DNA of 64,000 bases. Origin: Acidimicrobiia bacterium (GTDB lineage: Bacteria > Actinomycetota > Acidimicrobiia > Spongiisociales > ZC4RG35). Positions 28,260 to 37,312 of this stretch are shown here, one piece after another. The notes below the pieces were generated by a model. That model ran no database searches. It was not told where the DNA came from and was given only the letters and a program-made list of their open reading frames with translations. Each line of letters starts with the position of its first letter. The first letter of the stretch is position 1. Made by a program: the position numbers and the translations under genes. Where the stretch lies: contig JBHJOQ010000077.1 in assembly GCA_050329555.1 (NCBI GenBank), positions 3,144 to 67,143 of the forward strand, given 5' to 3'.

Positions 28260-29336
28260 ATGATCGGATACATCCTCCGTCGCCTCCTCGTCGCTGTCCC
28301 AGTCCTCGCCGGAGTGCTGGTCGTGGTTTTTCTCCTCGTAAGGATGGTCCCCGGTGAGCCCTGCACCGCGATCCTGGGTGAGCGGGCCACCCCCGAGGCC
28401 TGCGAGCGCTTCAACGAAGCAAACGGGCTCAACGAACCGATATTCGTCCAACTCGGTATCTACGCCGGCAACGCTGTAACCGGTAACTTTGGCGAGTCGA
28501 TCAGGTTTTCCCGGCCCGTCAGCCAGATCATCGTCGAACGGCTGCCGGTCACCCTCGAGCTCACCATTGCAGCTCTGAGTGTTGCGATACTGATCGGGAT
28601 CCCACTGGGCATTGCCGCGGCCCGCCGCCACAACAGCCCTGTGGATGTCGCCGCGATGGCCTTCGCCAACATCGGGGTATCCATGCCCATCTTCTGGTTG
28701 GGCCTCCTCCTCGCCTACCTCTTTGCCGTCGTGTTATTGGGGACGCCGTTCGCGTTACCGCCCAGCGGAACCCTGAGCCCTGGTTCCCGACCGCTTGCTT
28801 TCTACGAGGTGTGGGGCTTCGAACTGTCCGAAGGATTCGGGTCGACAATGGCGGAGTTCGTGTCCAACATGACCATTACGAACACTCTTATCAGCGCCCA
28901 ATGGGAGATTTTCAGAGACGCGCTGAGACACATGATCCTTCCCGCCGTGACCCTTGCCACGATCCCGATCGCGATTATCGCCAGGATGACGCGCTCGTCG
29001 CTACTCGACGTCCTCGGGCGCGAGTACATCCGGACGGCACGGGCCAAGGGAGCGGGAGACCAGCGGGTTATTCGCCGTCATGCCCTTCGTAACGCGATGC
29101 TCCCGGTTGTGACCATCGTCGGGCTGCAACTCGGTGGGCTTCTGGGAGGAGCGGTGCTCACCGAGACGGTATTCGGGCTTGCCGGAGTCGGCACCGCACT
29201 GTTTGAGGCGATCACAGCGAGGGACTTCCCGATTATTCAGGGGTTCACCTTTGTCATCGCCACCACCTACGTTGTGGTCAATCTCATCGTCGATATCTCG
29301 TACGGATACCTCGACCCGAGAGTGAGGCTGGAGTGA
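28260..29336 (+). CDS. ABC transporter permease (DppB/OppB type)
   Basis: 358 aa. N-terminus MIGYILRRLLVAVPVLAGVLVVVF, six TM helices and an EAA-like loop (REYIRTARAKGAGDQRVIRRHALRNA). Confidence 0.9.
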   Translation: MIGYILRRLLVAVPVLAGVLVVVFLLVRMVPGEPCTAILGERATPEACERFNEANGLNEPIFVQLGIYAGNAVTGNFGESIRFSRPVSQIIVERLPVTLELTIAALSVAILIGIPLGIAAARRHNSPVDVAAMAFANIGVSMPIFWLGLLLAYLFAVVLLGTPFALPPSGTLSPGSRPLAFYEVWGFELSEGFGSTMAEFVSNMTITNTLISAQWEIFRDALRHMILPAVTLATIPIAIIARMTRSSLLDVLGREYIRTARAKGAGDQRVIRRHALRNAMLPVVTIVGLQLGGLLGGAVLTETVFGLAGVGTALFEAITARDFPIIQGFTFVIATTYVVVNLIVDISYGYLDPRVRLE

Positions 29337-30265
29337 CGCTCCCCCCCGACTTAGGGCTTCCCGAGCCCGAGTCCCTGACCGAGCGCCCAGGAGCAATGTG
29401 GCGGATCGCCTTCAGGCGATTCCTTCAACGCAAGGTTGGAGTCATCGGGCTTGCCCTGGTGACATTCATGATCCTGGTTGCTGTTTTCGCTCCCCTGATC
29501 GCTCCCTACGATTACCAGGAAAACTTCATCGGCGAGCCCGGAGCGGAGAGATGGCTCCCGCCATGCGTCAACTTTCTCGGCTGTGAGGGGACGCAACATC
29601 TGATGGGACTCGATGGGAATGTGCGTGACTTCTTCAGCCGCGTCGTCTACGCAGCCAGGGTCAGCCTCCCCCTTGGGTTCACGACAGTTCTCATCGCCAT
29701 CGTCATCGGCACCTTGATCGGAGCGGTCGCCGGATTCTTCGGAGGCTGGACTGACAACATCCTGATGCGAATCATGGACGTGGTCCTTGGCTTTCCCTCG
29801 CTCATCCTCGCAATCGCAATCGTGTTCGTCCTCGGACCGGGGATCAGGAATACCCTCCTGGCGATCGCGATCGTAACCATCCCCCAGTACGCCCGGGTGA
29901 TGCGGGCGTCGGTGCTGGCGATCAAGGAAGTCGACTACGTCTCGGCCTCACGCGCCCTGGGCTCGTCGTCATGGCGCATTCTCGCCACCCGAGTCGTTCC
30001 CAACGCGATGACCCCGCTGGTTGTCCTGGGGACCCTCGGCGTCGCCACTGTGATCCTCGAGGCAGCCGCACTCGGGTTCCTCGGACTCGGTGCCCAGCCC
30101 CCTACTCCCGAGTGGGGGGCGATGCTGGCGGCAGAACGTGCCCGAATCTTCACTGCTCCCCACCTGATGATCTTTCCCGGGCTTGCCATCATGATCACGG
30201 TGCTCGGCTTCAACCTGATGGGTGACGGGCTTCGCGATGCTCTCGATCCAACCCTGAACCGATGA
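29333..30265 (+). CDS. ABC transporter permease (DppC/OppC type)
   Basis: 310 aa. BPD_transp_1 pattern (VDYVSASRALGSSSWRILATRVVPNA). Its start overlaps the stop of the preceding gene. Confidence 0.9.
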   Translation: MTLPPDLGLPEPESLTERPGAMWRIAFRRFLQRKVGVIGLALVTFMILVAVFAPLIAPYDYQENFIGEPGAERWLPPCVNFLGCEGTQHLMGLDGNVRDFFSRVVYAARVSLPLGFTTVLIAIVIGTLIGAVAGFFGGWTDNILMRIMDVVLGFPSLILAIAIVFVLGPGIRNTLLAIAIVTIPQYARVMRASVLAIKEVDYVSASRALGSSSWRILATRVVPNAMTPLVVLGTLGVATVILEAAALGFLGLGAQPPTPEWGAMLAAERARIFTAPHLMIFPGLAIMITVLGFNLMGDGLRDALDPTLNR

Positions 30266-31332
30266 ACGCAGCCCGTCCACTCCCCGAGGAACCGATCGAC
30301 ACTGATGCTCCTGTGCCGGCAGCAGCGGGTGAGCGCCTTCTCGATGTCAAAGGCCTGAGGACCCATTTCGACACCAGAGACGGGCTGGTCAAGGCAGTGG
30401 ATGGGGCCGACTTCCACGTCAACCGGGGAGAGGTGCTGGGGTTGGTCGGAGAATCCGGCTGTGGCAAGTCGGTGGCGTCGTTGTCGATCATGAGCCTCGT
30501 GCCCCACCCGGGCAAGGTTGTCGCCGGGGAGATCCTGTTCGGCGGTCGCGACATCACCAAGATGAAGGGCAAGGAGCTCAGGGACCTGCGCGGAGAGCAC
30601 ATCTCGATGATCTTCCAGCAGCCCAGCTCGGCTCTGAACCCGGTCTACCGGACCGGGGTCCAGATTCAGGAAGTGTTCGAACTGCACCGGGACTGGAGCA
30701 ACGAGGTCGAAGAACGCAAGGTCATCGAAATGCTCGAGAAGGTGGGGATACCCGATCCGAAGAGACGGGCCGAGGCGTACCCCCACGAGCTGTCCGGGGG
30801 CATGGCCCAACGAATCATGATTGCGATGGCTCTCGCCTGCGAACCCGAGCTGTTGATTGCGGATGAGCCGACCACCGCACTGGACGTCACGATTCAAGCC
30901 CAGATCCTCGACTTGATCCGTGACCTTCAGCAGACTTCGAATACGGCTGTCGTCCTGATTACCCACGATCTGGGCATCGTCGCCGAGATGGCGGATCGCG
31001 TGGCGGTGATGTACGCGGGCGAGATCGTAGAGGAAGCGGACGTCCGCACGATCTTCAAGAACCCGCTCCATCCCTATACCAAGGGCCTGATCGGGTCGAT
31101 CCCGGTCCTCGGGTCGCGCCGGGAGCGGTTGGACGTCATCCATGGGGTGGTCCCCTCGATGGTCAACCTGCCTGTGGGGTGCCGCTTCGCCTCACGCTGT
31201 GGTCCAAGGATCGAACATGGTCTTCAGATCTGTACCGAAGTCGATCCCGACCTGCGCGAGATGGAGGATGCCCACAAAGTCCGGTGCTGGCTCTATTACG
31301 GCCCCGAGAAGGTCTTGGCTAGCGATGCCTGA
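30262..31332 (+). CDS. ABC transporter ATP-binding protein (DppD/OppD type)
   Basis: Walker A GESGCGKS, signature LSGGMAQR, Walker [13 protein letters not shown], and a C-terminal oligopeptide-type extension with CRF..RC. Confidence 0.92.
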   Translation: MNAARPLPEEPIDTDAPVPAAAGERLLDVKGLRTHFDTRDGLVKAVDGADFHVNRGEVLGLVGESGCGKSVASLSIMSLVPHPGKVVAGEILFGGRDITKMKGKELRDLRGEHISMIFQQPSSALNPVYRTGVQIQEVFELHRDWSNEVEERKVIEMLEKVGIPDPKRRAEAYPHELSGGMAQRIMIAMALACEPELLIADEPTTALDVTIQAQILDLIRDLQQTSNTAVVLITHDLGIVAEMADRVAVMYAGEIVEEADVRTIFKNPLHPYTKGLIGSIPVLGSRRERLDVIHGVVPSMVNLPVGCRFASRCGPRIEHGLQICTEVDPDLREMEDAHKVRCWLYYGPEKVLASDA

Positions 31333-32326
31333 AACCCTCGTGAGTCTCAGAGATCTGGTGAAGGAGTTCCCCGTCCGCGGGGGTGTTCTGCAGCGCCAGG
31401 TCGCAACGGTGCAGGCGGTGGCAGGGGTGAATCTCGACATAATCAGAGGAGAGACGATGGGTCTCGTCGGGGAGTCAGGGTGCGGGAAGACCACCCTGGG
31501 ACGGCTCCTCACCCGACTGCTCGAGCCCACCAGCGGGACAATCGGGTTCGACGGGACCGACATCACTCACCTTTCGGGAAGACAGTTGAAGCCGTTCCGG
31601 CGGCGTGTCCAGATCATCTTCCAAGATCCCTACGGATCCCTCGACCCGCGGTCACAGGTTGGCCCGATTATCTCCGAGGGCCTGCGCCTTCACAGCATCG
31701 GCGACAAAGACGAACGCCATGAGCGGGTCAACGAGATGCTGGAGCTGGTCGGCCTTCGGCCCGCACACGCATCCCGCTATCCCCACGAGTTCTCTGGCGG
31801 CCAACGCCAGCGCATCGGCATCGCCCGGGCGCTCATTCTCAAACCCGACCTGGTGGTCGCCGACGAGCCCGTCTCCGCCCTGGACGTCTCGGTCCAGGCA
31901 CAGGTGCTCAACCTGCTCAAAGAGTTGCAGTCCGAGCTCGACCTCACCCTCCTCTTCATCGCCCACAACCTCGCCGTTGTCGAGCACATATCTGACAGGG
32001 TCGCGGTGATGTACCTCGGCCGGATTGTCGAGATAACCGACCGCGACAGCCTCTACGCCAATCCGCTCCATCCCTACACCGAGGCGCTGCTTTCGGCAAT
32101 CCCCATCGCCGACCCCGACCGTGCCCGGACCAGGCAGATCCTCCAGGGCGAGATCCCCTCACCGCTGAACCCTCCACCGGGCTGTCACTTCCATCCACGC
32201 TGCCCCATCGCCAGGCCGGGGCTGTGTGACGTCGAGGCTCCAGGTTTGATGCCAGGACCGGGGGAAAAGGATCATCTCGCCGCCTGCTGGCTACGGGCCG
32301 GTGATCGCGCCATCGCCGGCGTCTGA
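31325..32326 (+). CDS. ABC transporter ATP-binding protein (DppF/OppF type)
   Basis: The ATG at 31325 overlaps the stop of the previous gene. Walker [10 protein letters not shown], signature FSGGQRQR and Walker [13 protein letters not shown]. Confidence 0.92.
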   Translation: MPETLVSLRDLVKEFPVRGGVLQRQVATVQAVAGVNLDIIRGETMGLVGESGCGKTTLGRLLTRLLEPTSGTIGFDGTDITHLSGRQLKPFRRRVQIIFQDPYGSLDPRSQVGPIISEGLRLHSIGDKDERHERVNEMLELVGLRPAHASRYPHEFSGGQRQRIGIARALILKPDLVVADEPVSALDVSVQAQVLNLLKELQSELDLTLLFIAHNLAVVEHISDRVAVMYLGRIVEITDRDSLYANPLHPYTEALLSAIPIADPDRARTRQILQGEIPSPLNPPPGCHFHPRCPIARPGLCDVEAPGLMPGPGEKDHLAACWLRAGDRAIAGV

Positions 32327-32343
32327 GTGCAGACACCTCCGGT

Positions 32344-32455
32344 TGCACAGTGCACCGGGTTGCGGAATCCGCCGAACTTTTCTGCACTGTGCCGATCGGA
32401 CTGGTCCTGCACTGTGCACCGGGGGAGCGGAATCCGGTCCGGTGTGCACGGTGCA
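32344..32455. promoter_or_regulatory. Four copies of the 11-bp palindrome TGCAC-N-GTGC(A/C) in the oppF-hbd intergenic region (candidate operator array)
   Basis: The copies are tgcacagtgca (32344), tgcactgtgcc (32383), tgcactgtgca (32408) and tgcacggtgca (32445). Sites 1 and 3 are embedded in a longer direct repeat, gcacNgtgcaccggg..gcggaatccg. Confidence 0.55.
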
Positions 32456-32509
32456 GGTGGAGGTGAATCGGTTTAGCGGACGACGCGTCGGCAGGTATCT
32501 TCTGTTGCC

Positions 32510-33355
32510 ATGGAACGGATCGGAGTGATCGGCGGCGGGCTCATGGGCTCGGGTATCGCCGAAGTGTGTGCCAGGGCGGGGAGCGACGTCGTCGTCCATG
32601 AGATCAACGCCGAGGCTGCAGAGGCGGCCCTGGGGCGCATCGAGAAATCGCTGGCTCGAGCCATTGAGCGGGAGAAGCTGGACGAGGCCGGGAGGGATGA
32701 CCTCTTGTCCCGTATCGATATCTCCACCGACATCTCCGATCAGGCCGACCGCCAGCTGGTCATCGAGGCGGCGACCGAGAACGAGAGCTTGAAGAAGGAT
32801 ATCTTTGCCGAGCTGGACAGGGTCACCGGCCCGGATGCGATTCTCGCATCGAACACATCCTCGATCCCGATCACAAGGCTGGCGGCAGCCACCGACAGGC
32901 CCGGGAAGGTAGTTGGCCTTCACTTCTTCAACCCGGTACCGGTGATGGCCCTGGTCGAGCTGGTGACCACCGTGCTCACCGACGACGACGCCGCCGAGGC
33001 CGTTGCCTCCTACGCCGAATCGCTGGGCAAGACCGTGATCAGGGCGAAAGATCGCGCCGGGTTCATCGTGAACATGCTGCTGATCCCCTACATGATCGGT
33101 GCCGTGCGCATGTTTGAGGCAGGGTTCGCCTCCGCCGAGGACATCGACGCCGGGATGAAGCTGGGAGCCAACCACCCGATGGGGCCTTTAGAGCTCGCCG
33201 ACTTCGTCGGCCTGGACACCACCAAATACGTCGCCGATGTGTTGTTCGAAGAGTTCAAGGACCCAGCATACGCCTCTCCCCCTCTGCTCACCCGGATGGT
33301 CGAGGCAGGCCTCCACGGCCGCAAGTCAGGCCGCGGCTTCTACGACTACAGGTGA
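32510..33355 (+). CDS. hbd: 3-hydroxybutyryl-CoA / 3-hydroxyacyl-CoA dehydrogenase (NAD-binding)
   Basis: 281 aa. IGVIGGGLMGSGIAEV Rossmann motif, ASNTSS and GFIVNMLL motifs, and a C-terminal 3HCDH domain. Confidence 0.9.
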   Translation: MERIGVIGGGLMGSGIAEVCARAGSDVVVHEINAEAAEAALGRIEKSLARAIEREKLDEAGRDDLLSRIDISTDISDQADRQLVIEAATENESLKKDIFAELDRVTGPDAILASNTSSIPITRLAAATDRPGKVVGLHFFNPVPVMALVELVTTVLTDDDAAEAVASYAESLGKTVIRAKDRAGFIVNMLLIPYMIGAVRMFEAGFASAEDIDAGMKLGANHPMGPLELADFVGLDTTKYVADVLFEEFKDPAYASPPLLTRMVEAGLHGRKSGRGFYDYR

Positions 33356-33873
33356 ACTAGAACCTGGTCGAGTTCGGCGTGGTCGCCGGCGAATTCCTCG
33401 AAATCCGAGTAGCGGAGCTCGTCGCCGGGTCCGATCACCAAGGTGGCTCCAAGCTGGAAAGGGCGTCTGCCCGCGTTGTGCTGCCGGTTCCCTTTGGCAA
33501 GTGCTCTCGTCCCGACCAAAAGTTGCCGGGGGCTGACCAGCGAAAGTTTGCCGAGAGTGCCGGTGCCTACCAACTCCGCCGCTGATCCGTCTTCGTCGAG
33601 GAGCACCTCAAAGGGAACCGACTCATCCTCGATGAACGCTTGTGCATAGCGGCGCCCGCCGGTACCTATCGCGGTGACGTCGGCCCCGGCTGCCAGAATC
33701 TCCTGATATCTGTCACGGACCTGACCGGCCCGTTCGCGGCAGGTCAGTCAGCCGAAGTGACGGAGGAAAAGGATGACCCTGGGATCTGTCGCCCAACGGT
33801 CGCCAAGCCGATGCTCGGTACCGTCGGGGTCGACCAGATGCATTTCACCGAGGGCAGAGACGTCAAATACCAT
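33346..33873 (-). CDS. Prx-like2 / AhpC-TSA_2 family thiol-disulfide oxidoreductase with an in-frame TGA at the first redox Cys position (candidate selenoprotein, otherwise a pseudogene)
   Basis: My own translation is MVFDVSALGEMHLVDPDGTEHRLGDRWATDPRVILFLRHFG-[TGA, 33748-33750]-LTCRERAGQVRDRYQEILAAGADVTAIGTGG...LVIGPGDELRYSDFEEFAGDH. The frame is continuous on both sides of the TGA. The track lists only the part after an internal GTG (33346..33606). Confidence 0.6.
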
Positions 33874-33891
33874 GGACCAAGCCTAGGAAGA

Positions 33892-34656
33892 TCACGACGC
33901 CAACGTCCCGGCGAATACCTGCCATGCCAGCGCCGACTTGGCGACCAGGCTGAGCAGGATGTATGTGGACTCACCGTAGACATACTCGGCCCATTTCCCG
34001 ACCCGGCGATACTGCAGGACCATCACCACCGCAAAGACGTTGAAGAAGACGAACAGGGAGAAGAAGATCCCGTAGACGAAACCCGGAGGGCTGACGTCGA
34101 AACCAGGGCTGATGAGGTAGATCGCAATCGCCACCCAGGGGACCGCTCCGGCGATGACACCGAACCAGTAGGGCAGCCAGCCGGCAACGCGCCCCGGGGA
34201 CTCGTACTTCTCCTGGAGGAGTCCGAACAAGATCATCGAGGCGTTGACGCCTGCCAAGGCGATCAGAGCGGCAATGTCGGCGATACCCACCAACATTGCG
34301 ATCAGAACCACCATCACCGAAGACGACAGCGAATACTCGATCCATCGGGCGTAGTTGCGCTTCTCCCCGAGATTGGCCAGATACCACCGGTATATCCCGG
34401 GCGATGCAATCAGGAAGTGAGCCCCCGCCGAGAGGAAGAGAAACACAGCGACACCCCAGGCGAGACTCAAATCGAAAAGCGGCTCGACCGCGGTCGGCTC
34501 CAGACCGGGGGGCCCGGTCATATAGGTCGCGATCACAGGAAGGGTGAAATCGGTTGCGAGCCACAGGACTGCGGCTCCCTGTGCTGCATGGAGAAACCCC
34601 ATGACGATGTTGTACAGGCGGAGGCGGGAGGAAACGGACGCGGCTAAATCGCTCAT
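33892..34656 (-). CDS. Heliorhodopsin (7-TM retinal protein with inverted topology)
   Basis: 254 aa. It has the signature blocks of characterised heliorhodopsins: ...GFLHAAQGAAVL..., SAGAHFL, ARWIEYSLSSSVMVVLIAMLVGIADIAALIALAGVNASMILFGLLQEKY, VPWVAIAIYLISPG, and YILLSLVAKSALAWQVFAGTL, which carries the Schiff-base Lys in VAKSALAWQ. The counterion Glu lies in WIEYS. Confidence 0.9.
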   Translation of the reverse strand: MSDLAASVSSRLRLYNIVMGFLHAAQGAAVLWLATDFTLPVIATYMTGPPGLEPTAVEPLFDLSLAWGVAVFLFLSAGAHFLIASPGIYRWYLANLGEKRNYARWIEYSLSSSVMVVLIAMLVGIADIAALIALAGVNASMILFGLLQEKYESPGRVAGWLPYWFGVIAGAVPWVAIAIYLISPGFDVSPPGFVYGIFFSLFVFFNVFAVVMVLQYRRVGKWAEYVYGESTYILLSLVAKSALAWQVFAGTLAS

Positions 34657-34724
34657 ATGACGTATTCGTAACAGACACCGCCTCCGGATGATGCCGCGAC
34701 GAGGTTCGTCTCAGATCAGACCCA

Positions 34725-36089
34725 TCATCTGGAGAGGAATTCCTGGTACCAGCGCCCGCTGTCTTTGATCGTGCGCTCCATCGTGTCGTAGTCGACCCGC
34801 ACAATCCCGAAACGCTTCGAGTATCCAAGTGCCCATTCGAAGTTGTCGAGCAGGGACCACACGAAGTAACCGACCATGTCGACGCCGTGATCGATGGCAT
34901 CGGAAACAGCCTGGATGTGGGTCTCGATGTACTCGGTGCGCTTGACATCGTGAATCGAGCCGTCCGCCTCCACTATGTCGGGGAAGGCGGCACCGTTCTC
35001 GGTGACCATCATCGGGACCGGCCCGTATTCGTCATGGACCCGGCGGAGGGTGAGAGTCAACCCTTCCGGCTCGACCCCCCAACCCATTTCGGTCAATTCT
35101 CCGGGCGGCCTCACGATCACGGCCTCGTCCGCCCCCGGCCAGGCAGGCATCCCGGGGAAGCCTTCACGGTGCTCGACGTGGTTGATGTTGTAATAGTTGA
35201 CCCCGAGGACGTCGATCCGCTGAGACGCTGCGTGCAGTTCGGCAGTGTCGATTCGGTTGGTAACGCCATACTTGTCGTGATATCCAAGGATCTTCTCGGG
35301 ATAACTGCCACGAAAAACGGCGTCGAGGAAGAGCTGATTGTGCACCGCATCGACCGAGTCAGCCGCCTCCCGATCCTCGGCAGAACCGGAGGCGGGGAGC
35401 GCGGGAATCACGTTGAGGACGATTCCAAGCGATGTATCACTCGAGCCACCCATCGATCTCAACTCCCCAACCGCAACATGATGCGCCAACATCAGGTGAT
35501 GTGCGGCGACGAACGATGAGCCGCCATCCCTCATCCCTGGCGCATGTTCACCAGCGCTGTGCCCGAGGAAGGCGGTGCACCACGGCTCGTTGAACGTGGC
35601 GATTTGCGGGATCATGTCCCCGAGGGACTGATAGACCGCCCCCGCATACTCAGCGAACCAATCGACTGACTCCCGGTTGAGCCAACCGCCCCGGTCTTGC
35701 AGCGCTTGGGGAAGGTCCCAGTGGTACAGGGTCGCCACGGGGGTTATTCCGGCCGAGTGAAGCTCGTTGCACAAGCGGCGGTAGAAGTCGACGCCCGCCT
35801 GGTTCACCGCGCCCGTGCCCTCGGGGAGGATTCGGGCCCACGCGATGGAGAATCGGTAGGCGTTGACTCCGAGAGTGGAGAGGATGCCTACGTCCTCGGC
35901 ATACCGGTGGTAGTGGTCTACGGCAACGTCACCGTTCTCCCCGTGCAGGGTCTTGCCCTCGGTGTGGGAAAAGGTGTCCCAGATGGACACTCCCCTCCCG
36001 CCCTCGTCGATCGCTCCTTCGATCTGATACGACGCTGTCGCCGCCCCCCACAAGAAGCCTTCCGGAAAGCTGGAAGCTCTGACACTCAC
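34725..36089 (-). CDS. GH1 beta-glucosidase
   Basis: FPEGFLWGAATASYQIEGA, the acid/base TFNEPW and the nucleophile VTENGAAF. The start is probably the GTG at 36089 (VSVRASSFPEG), preceded by gaggag. The ORF is open up to the TTG at 36146. Confidence 0.9.
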   Translation of the reverse strand: MSVRASSFPEGFLWGAATASYQIEGAIDEGGRGVSIWDTFSHTEGKTLHGENGDVAVDHYHRYAEDVGILSTLGVNAYRFSIAWARILPEGTGAVNQAGVDFYRRLCNELHSAGITPVATLYHWDLPQALQDRGGWLNRESVDWFAEYAGAVYQSLGDMIPQIATFNEPWCTAFLGHSAGEHAPGMRDGGSSFVAAHHLMLAHHVAVGELRSMGGSSDTSLGIVLNVIPALPASGSAEDREAADSVDAVHNQLFLDAVFRGSYPEKILGYHDKYGVTNRIDTAELHAASQRIDVLGVNYYNINHVEHREGFPGMPAWPGADEAVIVRPPGELTEMGWGVEPEGLTLTLRRVHDEYGPVPMMVTENGAAFPDIVEADGSIHDVKRTEYIETHIQAVSDAIDHGVDMVGYFVWSLLDNFEWALGYSKRFGIVRVDYDTMERTIKDSGRWYQEFLSR

Positions 36090-36385
36090 TGTTCGAAGAT
36101 CTCCTCGTTTGGCCGTTGACCCACTTTTGCACACCGAAGAGATCAATGCCCTTGAGGACGATTCTCTGTGTGAACAAGAACACGATCACCTGGATGATCG
36201 GCGCCAGTATCGAACCGGACTGGATGAGGTTCGGTTGGCTGTCGTGGAGAGAATTGAAGGTCCACAGATGACACCTGGAGCGGCCCATGGTTCGACCCGA
36301 GAGGTGTCGAGTGCGCAGAGGTAGGTGCGATCCCGCTCCCCCAATTTCACCAGCGCCATCGCCATCGCCCTGCAGGGCTGAAAAC

Positions 36386-37309
36386 CTACCCGGCGAAGGC
36401 CACCGTTTCTCTCCCCCCGACCGGAGGGGTGAAACGGAACACGGAGCCGGACAGGGGTTGGGCGTCCAATTGTTCCCGGGTGAGGCCGGTCCGGGCCGTG
36501 GTCACGTATAGGTCGTTATATCCGGGACCGCCAAAACAACAACTCGTGACATTGGGTGCGGGCAGCTCCAACTCATCGACGACAAGCCCTTCAGGGTCAT
36601 AGCGGCGGACAACGCCACCACCGAAGACTGCCACCCAGAGATGGTCTTCGACATCGATGCACATTCCGTCCGGTGCCCCGAATCCGGATTCGACCCGTGC
36701 CAGGACGCTTCGCTCTTCGAACCTCCCCGTTGCGACGTCATAGGAGAAACGGTCGATGCTCCCACTGGCGGAATCGATGTAGTACATCCAGCTTCCGTCC
36801 GACGACCAGGCGAGGCCGTTGGATATCCCAACATCGCCAAGCACCCGCTCGACTGCCAGGTCAGGGCCGACCAGGTACAGGGCCGAATGAATTCCTGAGT
36901 CGGTCATGGATCCGGCTAGTAACCGGCCCGCAGGGTCGCATCCGGCTTCATTCATCCGCCCGTCGTCATCAACCCCTGCGAACCGGGCAAGCGCGACACG
37001 CAAGTGGCCGGCATCGTCAACTGCGAACAGCTCATTCTTCCCGGTCAAGACCAGGCCACCTCGGGACCTCGGGATGACCGAGGTGACCGGACTCCCGACG
37101 TCGAGGCTCGCAACGGAAAGCGCCTCGAGATTCAGGCGGTGCACGAATCCCCTGATTATGTCGACCATGAGCAGGGACCCGGTTGTTGCTTCCCAGACCG
37201 GCCCTTCTCCCAGCTCGGCACCTGCCTCCCAGATCAGCTCGCCACCGGAGTCGAGCAGCTCCGGGGCCGGGATGGCGGCTGTCGCCCACCCATCGAGGCT
37301 GATCTCCAT
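36386..37309 (-). CDS. SMP-30/gluconolactonase/LRE-like beta-propeller (sugar lactonase family)
   Basis: 307 aa. GEGPVWEA..., SNGLAWSSDGSWMYYIDS, PDGMCIDVEDHLWVAVFGGG and LYVTTAR...GSVFRF are typical of this family. Confidence 0.82.
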   Translation of the reverse strand: MEISLDGWATAAIPAPELLDSGGELIWEAGAELGEGPVWEATTGSLLMVDIIRGFVHRLNLEALSVASLDVGSPVTSVIPRSRGGLVLTGKNELFAVDDAGHLRVALARFAGVDDDGRMNEAGCDPAGRLLAGSMTDSGIHSALYLVGPDLAVERVLGDVGISNGLAWSSDGSWMYYIDSASGSIDRFSYDVATGRFEERSVLARVESGFGAPDGMCIDVEDHLWVAVFGGGVVRRYDPEGLVVDELELPAPNVTSCCFGGPGYNDLYVTTARTGLTREQLDAQPLSGSVFRFTPPVGGRETVAFAG

Positions 37310-37312
37310 GGT

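Noticed and set aside
33748-33750. The idea that the in-frame TGA (and the TAG at 61391) reflects an alternative genetic code.
   Set aside because: TGA terminates many well-defined genes in this window at the expected protein ends (recO, era/CorC overlaps, comEA, HeR, glgE and others). TAG also terminates genes, for example ppk2 and the 741-aa LamG/DMFase-like gene. Global reassignment is therefore not tenable, and only local recoding or mutation remains.
34657-34690. A possible leaderless or unusual promoter arrangement for the heliorhodopsin gene (ggagg 24 nt upstream, tacgaat box near the ATG).
   Set aside because: The spacing fits neither a normal SD nor a clean -10/TSS arrangement. This is too speculative without transcript data.
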